IMG/VR virus record: IMGVR_UViG_3300005468_000016
Span: 28,076 to 92,075 of that record
DNA from: a virus
Reading direction: 5' to 3' (one strand)
Length of the DNA: 64,000 nt
In this document: positions 18,780 to 28,720 of the stretch, one piece after another
How the letters are laid out: each line of letters opens with the position of its first letter
Numbering within the stretch: position 1 is the first letter of the stretch
Made by a program: the position numbers and the translations under genes
Notes under the pieces: generated by a model
Told to the model about the DNA's origin: nothing
The model's input: the letters and a program-made list of their open reading frames with translations, nothing else
Databases searched by the model: none

Positions 18780-19298
18780 ATGCCTCCGATTTCCCAGCGA
18801 TATCCCTACCCGCGCATCAACGGGCTTTACGCGCAGCACGCCTCGATCAGCGTCATGATCAACGGCGTGAATTTCTACGACATCCCGGACATCTCGGGTG
18901 TCGGCGATTCGTGCGAGCCCACGATCGTGCGGGGCCTCTCTCGGGTGGGCCTCGGCATGACCGCGGGCAACAACGAATCCGAGGACTTGCAGATCACGTT
19001 CTTTCAGAGCGTATGGCCCGAGGTGGAAAACGCCATCGATCCGAACGGCATCGGCATCTACGACATATTCCCGATCGCGCTCCATATGGAGATCACCGAG
19101 GCTGGCATCCCGACCCAGACCCGCGACTGGGTGGCGCTCCGGCTGAGCAAGGTCACAGAGACTTCCAGTTACTCCAGCGAGCCGATCAAGACCGTGGCCA
19201 CGTTCAAGAACATCGCCATGGTGCGCAACGGTCGGAATCCCGTCGTCGGGATCAACTTCAACTACAACCAGAACCTGCTCAAGATCGTGGGCGTGTAG
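18780..19298 (+). CDS. Tail tube protein
   Basis: 172 aa directly after sheath; 'YPRING'; AGGAG RBS. Confidence 0.75.
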   Translation: MPPISQRYPYPRINGLYAQHASISVMINGVNFYDIPDISGVGDSCEPTIVRGLSRVGLGMTAGNNESEDLQITFFQSVWPEVENAIDPNGIGIYDIFPIALHMEITEAGIPTQTRDWVALRLSKVTETSSYSSEPIKTVATFKNIAMVRNGRNPVVGINFNYNQNLLKIVGV

Positions 19299-19341
19299 CC
19301 CGAACCACAACCCGCAGGGCCGAAAAGGCCGGAGGACTGCG

Positions 19342-19926
19342 ATGAACGAAGAGACCACGACCGAACCCACCCCGAACATCTACGGCACCGAGCGCAAAAC
19401 TCTGCGCGCCTGGCTCGACGAAAACCCGGAGGTCCCCGAGGGATTGACCAGCGAAATCTGTCCGCTCAAGTCCCTGGTGAAGTTCGCCTGCACGATCGGT
19501 GGCGTGGACGCCGGGTCCGCCGGCTACGCGCAGAAGATCACCTACGATGAACTGCTGGCGTTGGCGCTCAAGGCCAAGCAGACGCATCGGGAGATTCTGG
19601 CCAAGGCAAACATCACCGAGGAGCATAAGGCGCCGATCATCCCGGCCGATTCGCTCTATTGCGCGCTGGTGATCCAGCGCCCATCGAGTGGCCAGATCGA
19701 TGCCATCCACAGCGCCGTCCTAGAGGGCGCGACCAGCATGGGCCAGGATCAGCGGGCGGGCCTGCGCACGTCCATGTTGACGCAGATGCTTCAGAAATGC
19801 GCACTCTACCCGGACGCCGGCCAGCGCCAGAAGTTGTTCGTGGACTACGGAGGCTTGCAGCAAGAGTTCACGAACAAGTGCATGATGCTCGGGCACAAGG
19901 CGGTCGAAGAGATCGTGGGAAAATAA
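19342..19926 (+). CDS. Tail assembly chaperone (G-like)
   Basis: Between tube and tape measure; GGAGG RBS; ends in slippery G GGA AAA TAA. Confidence 0.7.
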   Translation: MNEETTTEPTPNIYGTERKTLRAWLDENPEVPEGLTSEICPLKSLVKFACTIGGVDAGSAGYAQKITYDELLALALKAKQTHREILAKANITEEHKAPIIPADSLYCALVIQRPSSGQIDAIHSAVLEGATSMGQDQRAGLRTSMLTQMLQKCALYPDAGQRQKLFVDYGGLQQEFTNKCMMLGHKAVEEIVGK

Positions 19927-20168
19927 ACGCCCTCACGGCTCAGTTCTTTGAACCGGGCGGTGAGGGCATCGCGGGCAAGGAACTCGCGGCGCTCCTCGGA
20001 TGTGACATCGACATGGAGAAGCATCCTCGCCGACATGCCCTGTTTGTCCTGATCGGTCAGGCGCTCATTGGGGCGGCGCACGCGGGGACGCTTTCCGATG
20101 GCCTGCTGCGTCTCTTTGGCGACCGCGGGGGCTTGCCTGTCTACTGGATTCAGCCGAAGGGGACCTAG
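19917..20168 (+). CDS. -1 frameshift extension of tail assembly chaperone (GT-like)
   Basis: GGGAAAA at 19917-19923; -1 frame open (GKINALTAQFFEPG...PKGT) up to the tape measure start; no separate start or RBS. Confidence 0.7.
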   Translation, partial: GKINALTAQFFEPGGEGIAGKELAALLGCDIDMEKHPRRHALFVLIGQALIGAAHAGTLSDGLLRLFGDRGGLPVYWIQPKGT

Positions 20169-20171
20169 ACC

Positions 20172-22148
20172 GTGGACCCGCTGGAGTGGATCTTGGCGTT
20201 CGTGGATGAGATCTCCGCCCCTGCGCGGGCGATGTCGGGGTCTGTCCGCGAATTGACCAAGTCCCTCCAGGGGTTGCAGGAGATCACGAACAAATTAAAG
20301 CCCGTCACGCTTCCGGGTTTGGGTAGCGCGGGCTCGGCTTCGTCGCGCGCCAACAATGAAATGAAGCGGTTCGCGGACATGTGGCAGAAGATCGGCCTGC
20401 GCATGCAGAAGGATCAAGCGGCGGCACTGAAAGCCACCGAGCCTGGGGTGTCCAAGTCCTTCGCCGACATGTGGCAACGCATTGGCGCGCGGATGATGGC
20501 CGACCAGACCAAGGCCATGCGCCAGGCTGCAAAGACCGCTGCCGCCGAGGCCGAGAAGTCCGCGCACAAGTCCTACTTCGGGGGGCACAAGAGCATCTCG
20601 GGACTGCTCGGGGCGCGGGCTGAGCACAAGATGAGCGGCTTGGCCACGGGTGCGGCGGATGCGCTGCTCGGGGCACCTGCCACCCTGGTCACGGGCGCAC
20701 TGAGCGCGGTCGGCTCTCTTGTTGAGGGCACGACCGCCATGGCCTTCAACTTCGGCAAGGCGGCCATCTCTGCGCAGGCCATGCGCGAGGAAAGCGTCGA
20801 GGCGTTTAAGGCCATCTACGGCAACGAAGACACCGCGAATCGGCTATTTGACCAGGCCCGCAAGATGGCCAAGGACACCAAGTTTGACACCGTCGATGTC
20901 GTCAAGATGTATAACACCCTCGCCGCGAACAACTTTGGCGTGTCGGAGTTGGACAAGTGGTCGCGGGCGGTGGCGGACATTGAGAGCGCCCGCAAAGGCA
21001 AGGGCGAAACCTTCCTTAACGCGATCTCGCGCATCCGCGGCAGTCAACTCGCTTCCTTTGGACAGGTGCAGTCGGCCGGCTTGCAAGGCCCCGGCATTGA
21101 GAACGTCTTCCGGGAGTTGGCCAAAGTCAAGGGCATGGACACCAACACCGACCGATTCAAGTGGATGAAGCTGTTCCGGAAGGGTGGCGTCACCCGAGAA
21201 GAGGCCCTGCAAGCGGTCGAGCAGGCGGTCGCTGGGAAGTACGACACGCGCACCGGCAAGGTGGGTGAGTTCGCCGCCGCCCAGGGTAGCAAAACGTGGT
21301 CGGGCGTTCTCTCGAACATCAAGAACGGCCTCGGCGATGTGCTCAATATGAGATTCTCAGAGAACCATCCGATCAACAAGTTCAAAGAGATTCTGATGGC
21401 AATCGGAAGTCCAGGTGGCTTGTTTGATGAGTCGAGCGAGAGCGGTCGGCGGTTCTCCAAATTGATGTCAAACCTCGTCGAAGATGTCTTCTCTATCTTT
21501 GGTGGACTCGCCGACAAGACAGACGACTCCATCAAGTCCATCCTGTCCCTGGGCGAGGCACTGGAGCGGCAATTCAAGAAGGTGACCGATTACATCCGAG
21601 ACAAGATCACGCCGGCCATCGTCGAGGCCATCAACTCCCCGAACCTCGATCAGCACTTGACTGCATTCGCGGCCAAGATCATCACGATCATCTCAAAGGG
21701 AATCCTCGCCGCGCTCGATGCCGCGTTGCCAGAGTGGGTCACGGGGCCAAAGAACCTGCCGCCATTGCCATCTGGGGTGGTCACGCCGTGGAATATAAAC
21801 AACGTCACGCCATCGTCGGCTGGGACCTCGCCGGCTGCTGGTGGTGGGGTGGAACTTGGCGGCGGCATCACCTCGCACGCAGGTGGCGGCAAGATCCCTG
21901 GTCCATTCGGACGCCCCCGCATGATTATCGGACACGGCACCGAGGAGATTCTACCGCTCGGAACCTCGCTCGCCAGCATGCGCGGTGGCGATGGCGCGGG
22001 CATGAGCGTTACCGCTCCGGTTCACATCTACGGCAATCTCTCGATGGACGAATCCGACATCAGCCGCGCCGTCGAGCAAGGGATTCAGCGGGGCGGGATG
22101 TTGCTGCTTGAAAAGCTCGCCGTTGCCCAAGGGGCACAGAGGGCCTGA
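20172..22148 (+). CDS. Tape measure protein
   Basis: 658 aa, Ala/Gly-rich helical; 'DEISAPAR', 'KMAKDTKFD', 'SKTWSGVLSNIKN'; follows chaperones. Confidence 0.85.
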   Translation: MDPLEWILAFVDEISAPARAMSGSVRELTKSLQGLQEITNKLKPVTLPGLGSAGSASSRANNEMKRFADMWQKIGLRMQKDQAAALKATEPGVSKSFADMWQRIGARMMADQTKAMRQAAKTAAAEAEKSAHKSYFGGHKSISGLLGARAEHKMSGLATGAADALLGAPATLVTGALSAVGSLVEGTTAMAFNFGKAAISAQAMREESVEAFKAIYGNEDTANRLFDQARKMAKDTKFDTVDVVKMYNTLAANNFGVSELDKWSRAVADIESARKGKGETFLNAISRIRGSQLASFGQVQSAGLQGPGIENVFRELAKVKGMDTNTDRFKWMKLFRKGGVTREEALQAVEQAVAGKYDTRTGKVGEFAAAQGSKTWSGVLSNIKNGLGDVLNMRFSENHPINKFKEILMAIGSPGGLFDESSESGRRFSKLMSNLVEDVFSIFGGLADKTDDSIKSILSLGEALERQFKKVTDYIRDKITPAIVEAINSPNLDQHLTAFAAKIITIISKGILAALDAALPEWVTGPKNLPPLPSGVVTPWNINNVTPSSAGTSPAAGGGVELGGGITSHAGGGKIPGPFGRPRMIIGHGTEEILPLGTSLASMRGGDGAGMSVTAPVHIYGNLSMDESDISRAVEQGIQRGGMLLLEKLAVAQGAQRA

Positions 22149-22828
22149 TGGCAACAGCGGCGGAATTACTTGCGTCAATCGCGAACAACAGGCAATTGCC
22201 ATGGGTTCCCTATGCCACGGCGAACAGTCCGCTCAACTGGCCCGATCTGCCGGAGTGGGACTCCATTGCAATCGCGGGCGCGCAGTTCCCAATTGAGGGT
22301 TTACCGCGCTATGCAAAGAAACTCGCTCACGACAAAAAGAGCGGCGTCGGCGGAGACAATCAGAAGATCACCGCCAAGGGCATGAAACCGACGCCGGTTG
22401 GAATCACCCTAAAACTATGGGTCGATATTGCCGGTGGACCAAACTATCTCGATCTGTTTCGCGCGATGATTCCAGTTCTACTTGCTCCGCGGTTTGAGAG
22501 ACGGTTTGCGCTTCCTGTGTATCATCCAGTGCTTGAGGCTTATGGAGTGACCAGCGTGGTCTTTGTGAATATTGGCCCCATTGTTCATTCGGGCAATCGC
22601 ATTTTTCATGTGGAGTTGGAAGGCGAAAACGCAGCCGACATCAAAGCTGGTCAGTCCACAAAGCAGATCAAAAAGCCGGACGAGAGTTCGCTGGCGGGCG
22701 TGGGTGGACTCCGCGGCGGCCGCTTCGGCATCGTGACCCAGACCATTCCGCGCGTGGATGGAACCTCCGTCACGACCGCTTGGCAGGGACGCATCAATAT
22801 GCCGTCCAGTCGCACGGGGTTGCCATGA
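22148..22828 (+). CDS. Baseplate / tail tube initiator-like protein
   Basis: Post-TMP position; 'DKKSGVGGD...KG..P' and 'VYHPVL' motifs. Confidence 0.55.
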   Translation: MATAAELLASIANNRQLPWVPYATANSPLNWPDLPEWDSIAIAGAQFPIEGLPRYAKKLAHDKKSGVGGDNQKITAKGMKPTPVGITLKLWVDIAGGPNYLDLFRAMIPVLLAPRFERRFALPVYHPVLEAYGVTSVVFVNIGPIVHSGNRIFHVELEGENAADIKAGQSTKQIKKPDESSLAGVGGLRGGRFGIVTQTIPRVDGTSVTTAWQGRINMPSSRTGLP

Positions 22829-24321
22829 GCGACGTGGTTCTGGGCAGCATCCCCGCGATCCGTGGCAACCTCACACTGAGGCGGCGTGGCAACTGGGACA
22901 GTCGATGGGTACTCGACGATGTCACGGAGAACAACGGAGCACCCTCTGGCATCGTCGCCTGCACATTCTGGGGCGAGTCCATTGCGGGTTTTGTGCTGCG
23001 CGGCGGTGCGCCCTACCTCCAGGCGCAGGTTCAGGTCATCGGCGGGCGCGGCAATATCACCCCAGAAAAGACCATCGAAGCGCGTGATTACCGCTACGCA
23101 TCCTTTGCCCAGATCGCCCGCGAAATCGTCGAGGACGCGGGCGAGGTGATTGCCGAAGATGTGCTCGTCGGCATTGATCAACAACTGGTCGGCTGGACGC
23201 GCTGTGCGGGACCGTGGCTCGTCGAACTTGAGCGCCTGATCGGCACGCGCAACGATCCGGATGGTGTGAACGACGGCACGACGTGGAATGTGCGGCTGTC
23301 TGATGGGCAGATCGAAATCCGTCCGCCTGTTGAGCAAGACACCGTTCCCGCGCTTCAGATGCTCGCGGACCACATCACCGAGCGCAAGCGCATCTACAAA
23401 CTCGACGACGAGACGGCGGGATTGGTTATCAAGCCGGGCGATCGGTTCGAGGGCATTATCGCCGATACCGTCGAGTACATCGTCGAGCAAGAATCTCTGA
23501 CCGTCGAGGTCTACTACCGGCCATCTGTCGCGCCACCAGGTCAGGCGCTCGACCGCATGGTGCAAGCCTGGCAAGAAAACTGGAATATGGGGCATGCGCG
23601 GTATCGAGAAACCGAGATCGATCCGCTCGGTTACTATCTCGGAACCGTGCGCGGGGTCCGCAACAACGGCGACATCGATCTCCAGGCGGACGATTCGCGC
23701 ATCGGCTTTGTGAACGACTTTCCGGTGTTCTCCGGACTGCCCGGCTGGCAAATCACGCCCGTTCCAAAGGGTCCGACGTTTGCGGGCGCTCGCGGTATCT
23801 TCGGCTGGTCGGGCGGCGACAAGAGCAAGAAAGTCTGTCTTGCATGGGCCAGCGAACCCGCGGCGGCACTCGATACCGCGACCATCGAAGCGCGCACGCT
23901 CATCGAATGGAAGGCGCCCACGCATCGCATCATCGGCAAGAGCGAGGTCGTGGACGGCGATCAGGAAGTCATCAACGGCGATGACATCACCGAGCACGAC
24001 GTAGGGCGCGGGGGCACGCCGATCATTCTTCCGGGTTCCTCTCTTACGTCTGCGGGCGGCGCTGTGAATGGTTTCGGCACGGACTGCGGATTTACGCTGG
24101 TCGCCTTGGCGGGTTCCACGGTCAGTCCGGGTGCTATCGCGCAGGTGACCTTCGCACGCCAATTCAAGAAGGCCCCGCAATCCGTCTCCTTTGGTGCGCA
24201 AGATGCAGTCTCCGCGTTGGTGGGTCTTTGGGCCAGTAGTCTGACGGCGAGTGGCATGGAGATCTCGACAGCCGCCCCATGGGCCGGTGGTCTTCGCTTT
24301 TCGGTCATTATCAAGGAATAG
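22825..24321 (+). CDS. Baseplate hub protein apparently fused to spike/OB-fold and C-terminal beta domain
   Basis: N-terminal 'RRGNW', 'VIGGRG', 'WNVRLSDG' hub-like; second half 'YYLGTV...DIDLQADD...GLPG' spike-like. Confidence 0.6.
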   Translation: MSDVVLGSIPAIRGNLTLRRRGNWDSRWVLDDVTENNGAPSGIVACTFWGESIAGFVLRGGAPYLQAQVQVIGGRGNITPEKTIEARDYRYASFAQIAREIVEDAGEVIAEDVLVGIDQQLVGWTRCAGPWLVELERLIGTRNDPDGVNDGTTWNVRLSDGQIEIRPPVEQDTVPALQMLADHITERKRIYKLDDETAGLVIKPGDRFEGIIADTVEYIVEQESLTVEVYYRPSVAPPGQALDRMVQAWQENWNMGHARYRETEIDPLGYYLGTVRGVRNNGDIDLQADDSRIGFVNDFPVFSGLPGWQITPVPKGPTFAGARGIFGWSGGDKSKKVCLAWASEPAAALDTATIEARTLIEWKAPTHRIIGKSEVVDGDQEVINGDDITEHDVGRGGTPIILPGSSLTSAGGAVNGFGTDCGFTLVALAGSTVSPGAIAQVTFARQFKKAPQSVSFGAQDAVSALVGLWASSLTASGMEISTAAPWAGGLRFSVIIKE

Positions 24322-24323
24322 CC

Positions 24324-24755
24324 ATGGCAGCGACGGATTACGGCTCAGACCTTAGCACCTACGCCGACGTGTCGAGCGGCATCGCGGACCTTGATCCGAC
24401 GTTCGCGGTCATCGCGGGGCCGCGCGTGGTCGTGGAACGCATCGCCCGCAAGCTCATGACGCCGACGGGGTCGATGCTCAAGGCGGGCTGGGGCTTTGAC
24501 CTGCGCGCGATCCTGCAAGCCTCGCTGACCTCGGCACAACTCGGCCAGCTCCGCGGCATCGTCTCAGACCAGATCCTGGGCGAACCGGAAGTGGCCGACG
24601 CCGAAGTCACCATCAACTATACGATTCAGCTTAAGCGCCTCGACATCGTCGGGACCGTCACCCTCGTTTCGGGCGCGGTGTTTCCGCTGGTCTTTGTCGT
24701 GACCCCGGAACTTGTCCAGCCGATCTTTGACGACATCCTAGAGGTGAACCAGTGA
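24324..24755 (+). CDS. Baseplate wedge protein (gp25/gp46-like)
   Basis: 'DYGSDL', 'RKLMTPTGS', 'WGFDL', 'EPEV'. Confidence 0.7.
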   Translation: MAATDYGSDLSTYADVSSGIADLDPTFAVIAGPRVVVERIARKLMTPTGSMLKAGWGFDLRAILQASLTSAQLGQLRGIVSDQILGEPEVADAEVTINYTIQLKRLDIVGTVTLVSGAVFPLVFVVTPELVQPIFDDILEVNQ

Positions 24756-26023
24756 CCGCGACGCTCCAACAACTTCTCACGGTCAATACGCCGCCGCAGA
24801 ACGCCCAGTTTATGGTGGCGAAGTTGGCAGGCATCGGGTTCCCGAACACCACGAACTGGACGACGGGAACCGTTCCGCTCACGTTGCTGCAAACGATCGG
24901 CTTCCCGCTTACCGACATCCAATCGACGCGGTTTAAGTACGCCGCCGCAAGCCTGCTCGACTATGCCGCCATCCCCGAAGATCAGGGCGGACCGGGGCGC
25001 GACTGGCTCGAACTCCACGCCGATCAGGTCTTTAACAACCAAGCATTCCCGGCGGTTGCGACCGAGATTGACGAAACCTTTACGGACGCCGCGAACCAAG
25101 GCCCCTTCACGATTGGCCCCGGGGGTGCGGGCGTCGCCGTGGGCCAGGGCCAGCCGATCTACCGCACCACGAACAGCGCCAACGTCGTGCTGCCACTCGG
25201 GGGCAGTGTCGTTATTCGGGTCCGCGCGCCCTCGCCAGGGACCGCGTTCAATGTCCCCGATGGCGCGCTTACCTTCTTTGCGGCGGGACGGCTTCCGGGT
25301 GTCACCGTCAGCAACATCGGCCCCGGTTCAATCAAGGTCGCAGGGACCGATGCAGAAGCCAACTCGGCGCTGGTTCAGCGGTGCCGCACCAAGTGGGCGC
25401 TGCTCTCGACGGGGAGTCCGGTTCCGGCCTATATCAATTGGGCGCTCTATGCGGGCCAGGGTCAGGTCGGCAAGGTCAAGCCGCGCGTCAATCTCTTCCT
25501 GAATGATCCGGGGCGCGTGGATCTTTACTTGGCCAGTCCCGCGGGTGGTGGTGTGGCGCCGGCTGTGGTGGATCGGGTGCAGGAGTTTATCGCCCCGCTT
25601 CCGGTGGCGGCCGAACGAACGGGCGCGCGGATTCCGGAGACCGCAAAGTGCGTGGTGTCGAGCGCCAACAGCAAGACGATCTTTATCAATGGCACGATCT
25701 TGGTCTACCCGGAGTTTAATAACTCCACGTTCAAGGCGCAGATCGCCTCCGACATCGCGGCCTACCAGGGCGCGTTCCCGATTGGTGGGGTGCTCGACAA
25801 TCCCCCGACCATGTTCGGGCATGTCCCCTATACCCGAGTCCTCCAGCTCCTGCTCAACCGCAGCGGGGTGGCGCTAGAACCCGCACAAGAGGCATTGAGC
25901 AACCTCACGATCAGCCCAGACAATGTGCTGTTTTTTAAGATTAACCTGCTGCTTGATCCGATCGATTCGGTCACGTTCGACATCAGCGGCCTGCAACTGG
26001 CCTCTGTGACAAGGCCGACGTAA
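24752..26023 (+). CDS. Baseplate J/gp47-like protein
   Basis: 'DWLELHA', 'PGTAFNV', 'GTDAEANSALVQRCRTKW', 'AYINWAL', 'PGRVDLYL'. Confidence 0.85.
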   Translation: MTATLQQLLTVNTPPQNAQFMVAKLAGIGFPNTTNWTTGTVPLTLLQTIGFPLTDIQSTRFKYAAASLLDYAAIPEDQGGPGRDWLELHADQVFNNQAFPAVATEIDETFTDAANQGPFTIGPGGAGVAVGQGQPIYRTTNSANVVLPLGGSVVIRVRAPSPGTAFNVPDGALTFFAAGRLPGVTVSNIGPGSIKVAGTDAEANSALVQRCRTKWALLSTGSPVPAYINWALYAGQGQVGKVKPRVNLFLNDPGRVDLYLASPAGGGVAPAVVDRVQEFIAPLPVAAERTGARIPETAKCVVSSANSKTIFINGTILVYPEFNNSTFKAQIASDIAAYQGAFPIGGVLDNPPTMFGHVPYTRVLQLLLNRSGVALEPAQEALSNLTISPDNVLFFKINLLLDPIDSVTFDISGLQLASVTRPT

Positions 26024-26940
26024 TGGCGATTAACCCGAACCTTCAGAGCGTCACGACCTACGAGGAGGTCATCCCGCAGGTCTTTGCGCCGCCGTGGCTC
26101 TCGGGACCCTACGGCACGCTCTGGCATCGGGGCATCGGGCAGTTCTTCGACGACGAATGGACGCTTGGGCGCGACGCGGCGCTCGTCGGGTTTCCGCAAT
26201 ACACGCCGGGCGACGCGCTGATTTCTCTGGGCGCCGAACGGATGCTAGAGCGGGCCAATCCCACGCTGAACCTGCCCGGCGAAACAGAGGCCGAGTATCG
26301 ACTGCGGCTCAAAAATGTCTGGGGCGAGTGGGGTGCTCCGCTTCCTCCCGGTAGTGCCCCACTCGCCGCGGACGCTAGCGATGCGGTCCAACACTTCTGC
26401 TTGCCGATGGGGATCTGGGAAGCGGCGGGGTCGGCGGCGATCCATCTGCCCGACCCGTTCACGGTACCCATCGCGGGCATCCCCACGATTCGCCCCTCCA
26501 CCATGAAGGGCTGGCCGGCGTGGTTGGGGCTTACCGATACCGCGGTCTACCGTCAGCATGAGTGGGCCTTCCCGCCGTTCCTGGTGTCGCCCTACTTCTT
26601 CGCCTGGGAGCATGAGTGGTCCACCTTCTGGGTCATCATCAAGGAACCCCACCCGTTCCAGTTGATCTACTGGGGTGCGCCCGGTCTGTTTTGGGGCACG
26701 CCACCGGGACCTGGTTGTCCGACTTGGGGCACCACGGCCACGGTTGAAGAGGTGGAACTGATTAAGCGCTTGGTCGTGACCTTTAAGAGCGGCCACTCCA
26801 CCTGTGCGGGCATCGTGCTCTTTATCGGTGTCGGTGCCATCTTCTGGGGCGTGGGCGTCTGGGGCACTGGCACTTGGGGTGCGGGAGGCGGTGGCACGAC
26901 GGTGATTTGGCCGGTCGGAGAACCCCACTGGTATCAATAA
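26023..26940 (+). CDS. Baseplate wedge protein (gpI/gp48-like)
   Basis: 'DALISLGAER', 'GETEAEYRLRL'; Trp-Gly repeats; follows J. Confidence 0.7.
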   Translation: MAINPNLQSVTTYEEVIPQVFAPPWLSGPYGTLWHRGIGQFFDDEWTLGRDAALVGFPQYTPGDALISLGAERMLERANPTLNLPGETEAEYRLRLKNVWGEWGAPLPPGSAPLAADASDAVQHFCLPMGIWEAAGSAAIHLPDPFTVPIAGIPTIRPSTMKGWPAWLGLTDTAVYRQHEWAFPPFLVSPYFFAWEHEWSTFWVIIKEPHPFQLIYWGAPGLFWGTPPGPGCPTWGTTATVEEVELIKRLVVTFKSGHSTCAGIVLFIGVGAIFWGVGVWGTGTWGAGGGGTTVIWPVGEPHWYQ

Positions 26941-26963
26941 GTCAAGGATGATATAGGTAGCCC

Positions 26964-27863
26964 ATGACAGCCCAGTCCCCCCAGCAAGCCCCACCCCTTC
27001 GCCTGATGATGGATCAGGTGCGTTCTGCCTGCGAGATCAACGAAGGCCAGCGCCGGCACCTCATCGAACGCATCGCGCAGCTTCAGGCCATGAGCGATGA
27101 CCGATTGGCCGAAGCGCAGACGCATGTGAACGCCGGCCGAGAGGCGCAGGCGCAGCCCCTCCGGGCCGAAGGGGAGCGGCTGGGCATGCAAGCGCGGATG
27201 CTCATGCAGCGGGTGGATGGACTGCTGGCGGAGATGTACGGGGCTGGGCAAGGCGCTACCGCTCAGACGCCTGTCCCGCGCAAGCCCTGGCAAAAGGACA
27301 CCTTCTGGGCGGAGTTGGAGATTCTCTCTGGCTGGCTGGCTTGGCTGTGCGAGAAACTGACCCCCGAGGCCAGCGCCCGTATCGGCAAAGCGGCGACGGG
27401 CGTGCTCAGTGATGCGTGGTCCGCCCTGCTCAACGCCGAGAAGCGCAAGCAGGCCATCACTGAGAGCATGACCCCGGCCCAAGAACTCACCGCCCTGGTC
27501 GGTTTCGCCGATCGCCTGCTCTGCATCCCGTGGCATCTCATCTGTTCCGAGAGCGAGGTCAACGACAGCCGGCAGTTGGTGCTGCGATTTGAGGCGCTGG
27601 CCGAACTCGCGGGCGGTGAGCGATTGCCGCCGAGTGATGTGCAACTCGATGAAGACCTCTCTGGGTTTGCCGAGCGGTTGCCCAAGGATCACCCGGACCA
27701 ACCCCGTCTGACCGCGGTCGGGGTGCACGTGGACGGCAAGCGGTACCGCGACGCTGCTGCGATGCTTCTCGGACTCTCGCCGCCCGATCCGCTGCGGTTT
27801 GCGCAGGCGCTGATTGCGAAGCGGCTTGTCGTACTGGAAGGCACCAAGGGGAACCAGGGATAA
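26964..27863 (+). CDS. Hypothetical helical protein inserted in the tail module
   Basis: 299 aa, charged and helical, unlike neighbouring beta-rich structural proteins. Confidence 0.6.
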   Translation: MTAQSPQQAPPLRLMMDQVRSACEINEGQRRHLIERIAQLQAMSDDRLAEAQTHVNAGREAQAQPLRAEGERLGMQARMLMQRVDGLLAEMYGAGQGATAQTPVPRKPWQKDTFWAELEILSGWLAWLCEKLTPEASARIGKAATGVLSDAWSALLNAEKRKQAITESMTPAQELTALVGFADRLLCIPWHLICSESEVNDSRQLVLRFEALAELAGGERLPPSDVQLDEDLSGFAERLPKDHPDQPRLTAVGVHVDGKRYRDAAAMLLGLSPPDPLRFAQALIAKRLVVLEGTKGNQG

Positions 27864-27869
27864 CAAACC

Positions 27870-28718
27870 ATGCCGACGTTCATCACGCCTCCGTTCGTCC
27901 CGCCGATTCCTCGGTTCACGCCGTCTAGCGGTCAGATCGTTGGCCCAGCCGACGGTGATGCGCTACTGGCGTCGTCGGTGAACAACGCCTTTACTCAACT
28001 TGCCGACCGCAGCGCCCTATCGTTCTTCGGTCTGTACGGCGTCTATGGCTCGCGTCTCGTCGCGAGTTGTGTGGCCGGTACGATCCTCACCATCAACTTT
28101 CAGACGGCGCTACGGTCATCGTCCGGCATCTTGAGCGGCACCGTGGGAAGTCCGATCGATGTCGCTGTGGTGCTGGGCGGAGCGCCCGCGCCCAGCACTT
28201 GGTACTACGTCTACGGCGCCGACGTGGGCGGTGTACTGACCCCGATCGTGAGCACCGACCCGCCTGACACCGCGCTCAAGTACCGTGCCGGCAATTCAGA
28301 CCAGGCTTTCCTGACGCTGTTCCGGACGGATGGCGCGGGGTTTGTGCGGCAGTTCTCGCACTACGAAGGCTGCTACTCCTACCATGGAGACATCTCGGTC
28401 TTCGGACGCGCCGATCCTGGCACGGTGACGCCAGCCGCCGTGGCGCTTCCCGATGTGCCGGGCTTCGCGCGCATCGCCCTGATTCAGGCCACGATCTACA
28501 ACGTGGACCCGCTGCTCACGGCGCAGATGAACCTGATGTATCCGGCATCCAGTCTCTGGTATGCGCTGCCCGTTGGCAAAAAGGGGGCACTTGACGACAT
28601 CCGACAACAGACGCTGTTCAAGATGCCGATTAACGGCCCGACGGGGTTTGAGGTCATTCGGGACGGCGGCTCGGGCACGGCGGACTTCTCGGCGGTCCTT
28701 CAAGGATTCCTGGTTTAG
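27870..28718 (+). CDS. Putative tail fibre / baseplate-attached protein
   Basis: 'PADGD...ASSVNNAFTQLADRS' fibre N-terminal pattern; 'APSTWYYVY'. Confidence 0.65.
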   Translation: MPTFITPPFVPPIPRFTPSSGQIVGPADGDALLASSVNNAFTQLADRSALSFFGLYGVYGSRLVASCVAGTILTINFQTALRSSSGILSGTVGSPIDVAVVLGGAPAPSTWYYVYGADVGGVLTPIVSTDPPDTALKYRAGNSDQAFLTLFRTDGAGFVRQFSHYEGCYSYHGDISVFGRADPGTVTPAAVALPDVPGFARIALIQATIYNVDPLLTAQMNLMYPASSLWYALPVGKKGALDDIRQQTLFKMPINGPTGFEVIRDGGSGTADFSAVLQGFLV

Positions 28719-28720
28719 CG

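Noticed and set aside
22651-24201. Long antisense ORFs (also 4767-5774 +, 8820-9977 -, 26934-27866 -, 32524-33501 +)
   Set aside because: Shadow frames expected at high GC opposite well-supported genes; no RBS or motifs.
16992-26940. Tailocin / eCIS / T6SS locus
   Set aside because: Portal, protease, capsid and neck genes are present, so this is a phage tail.
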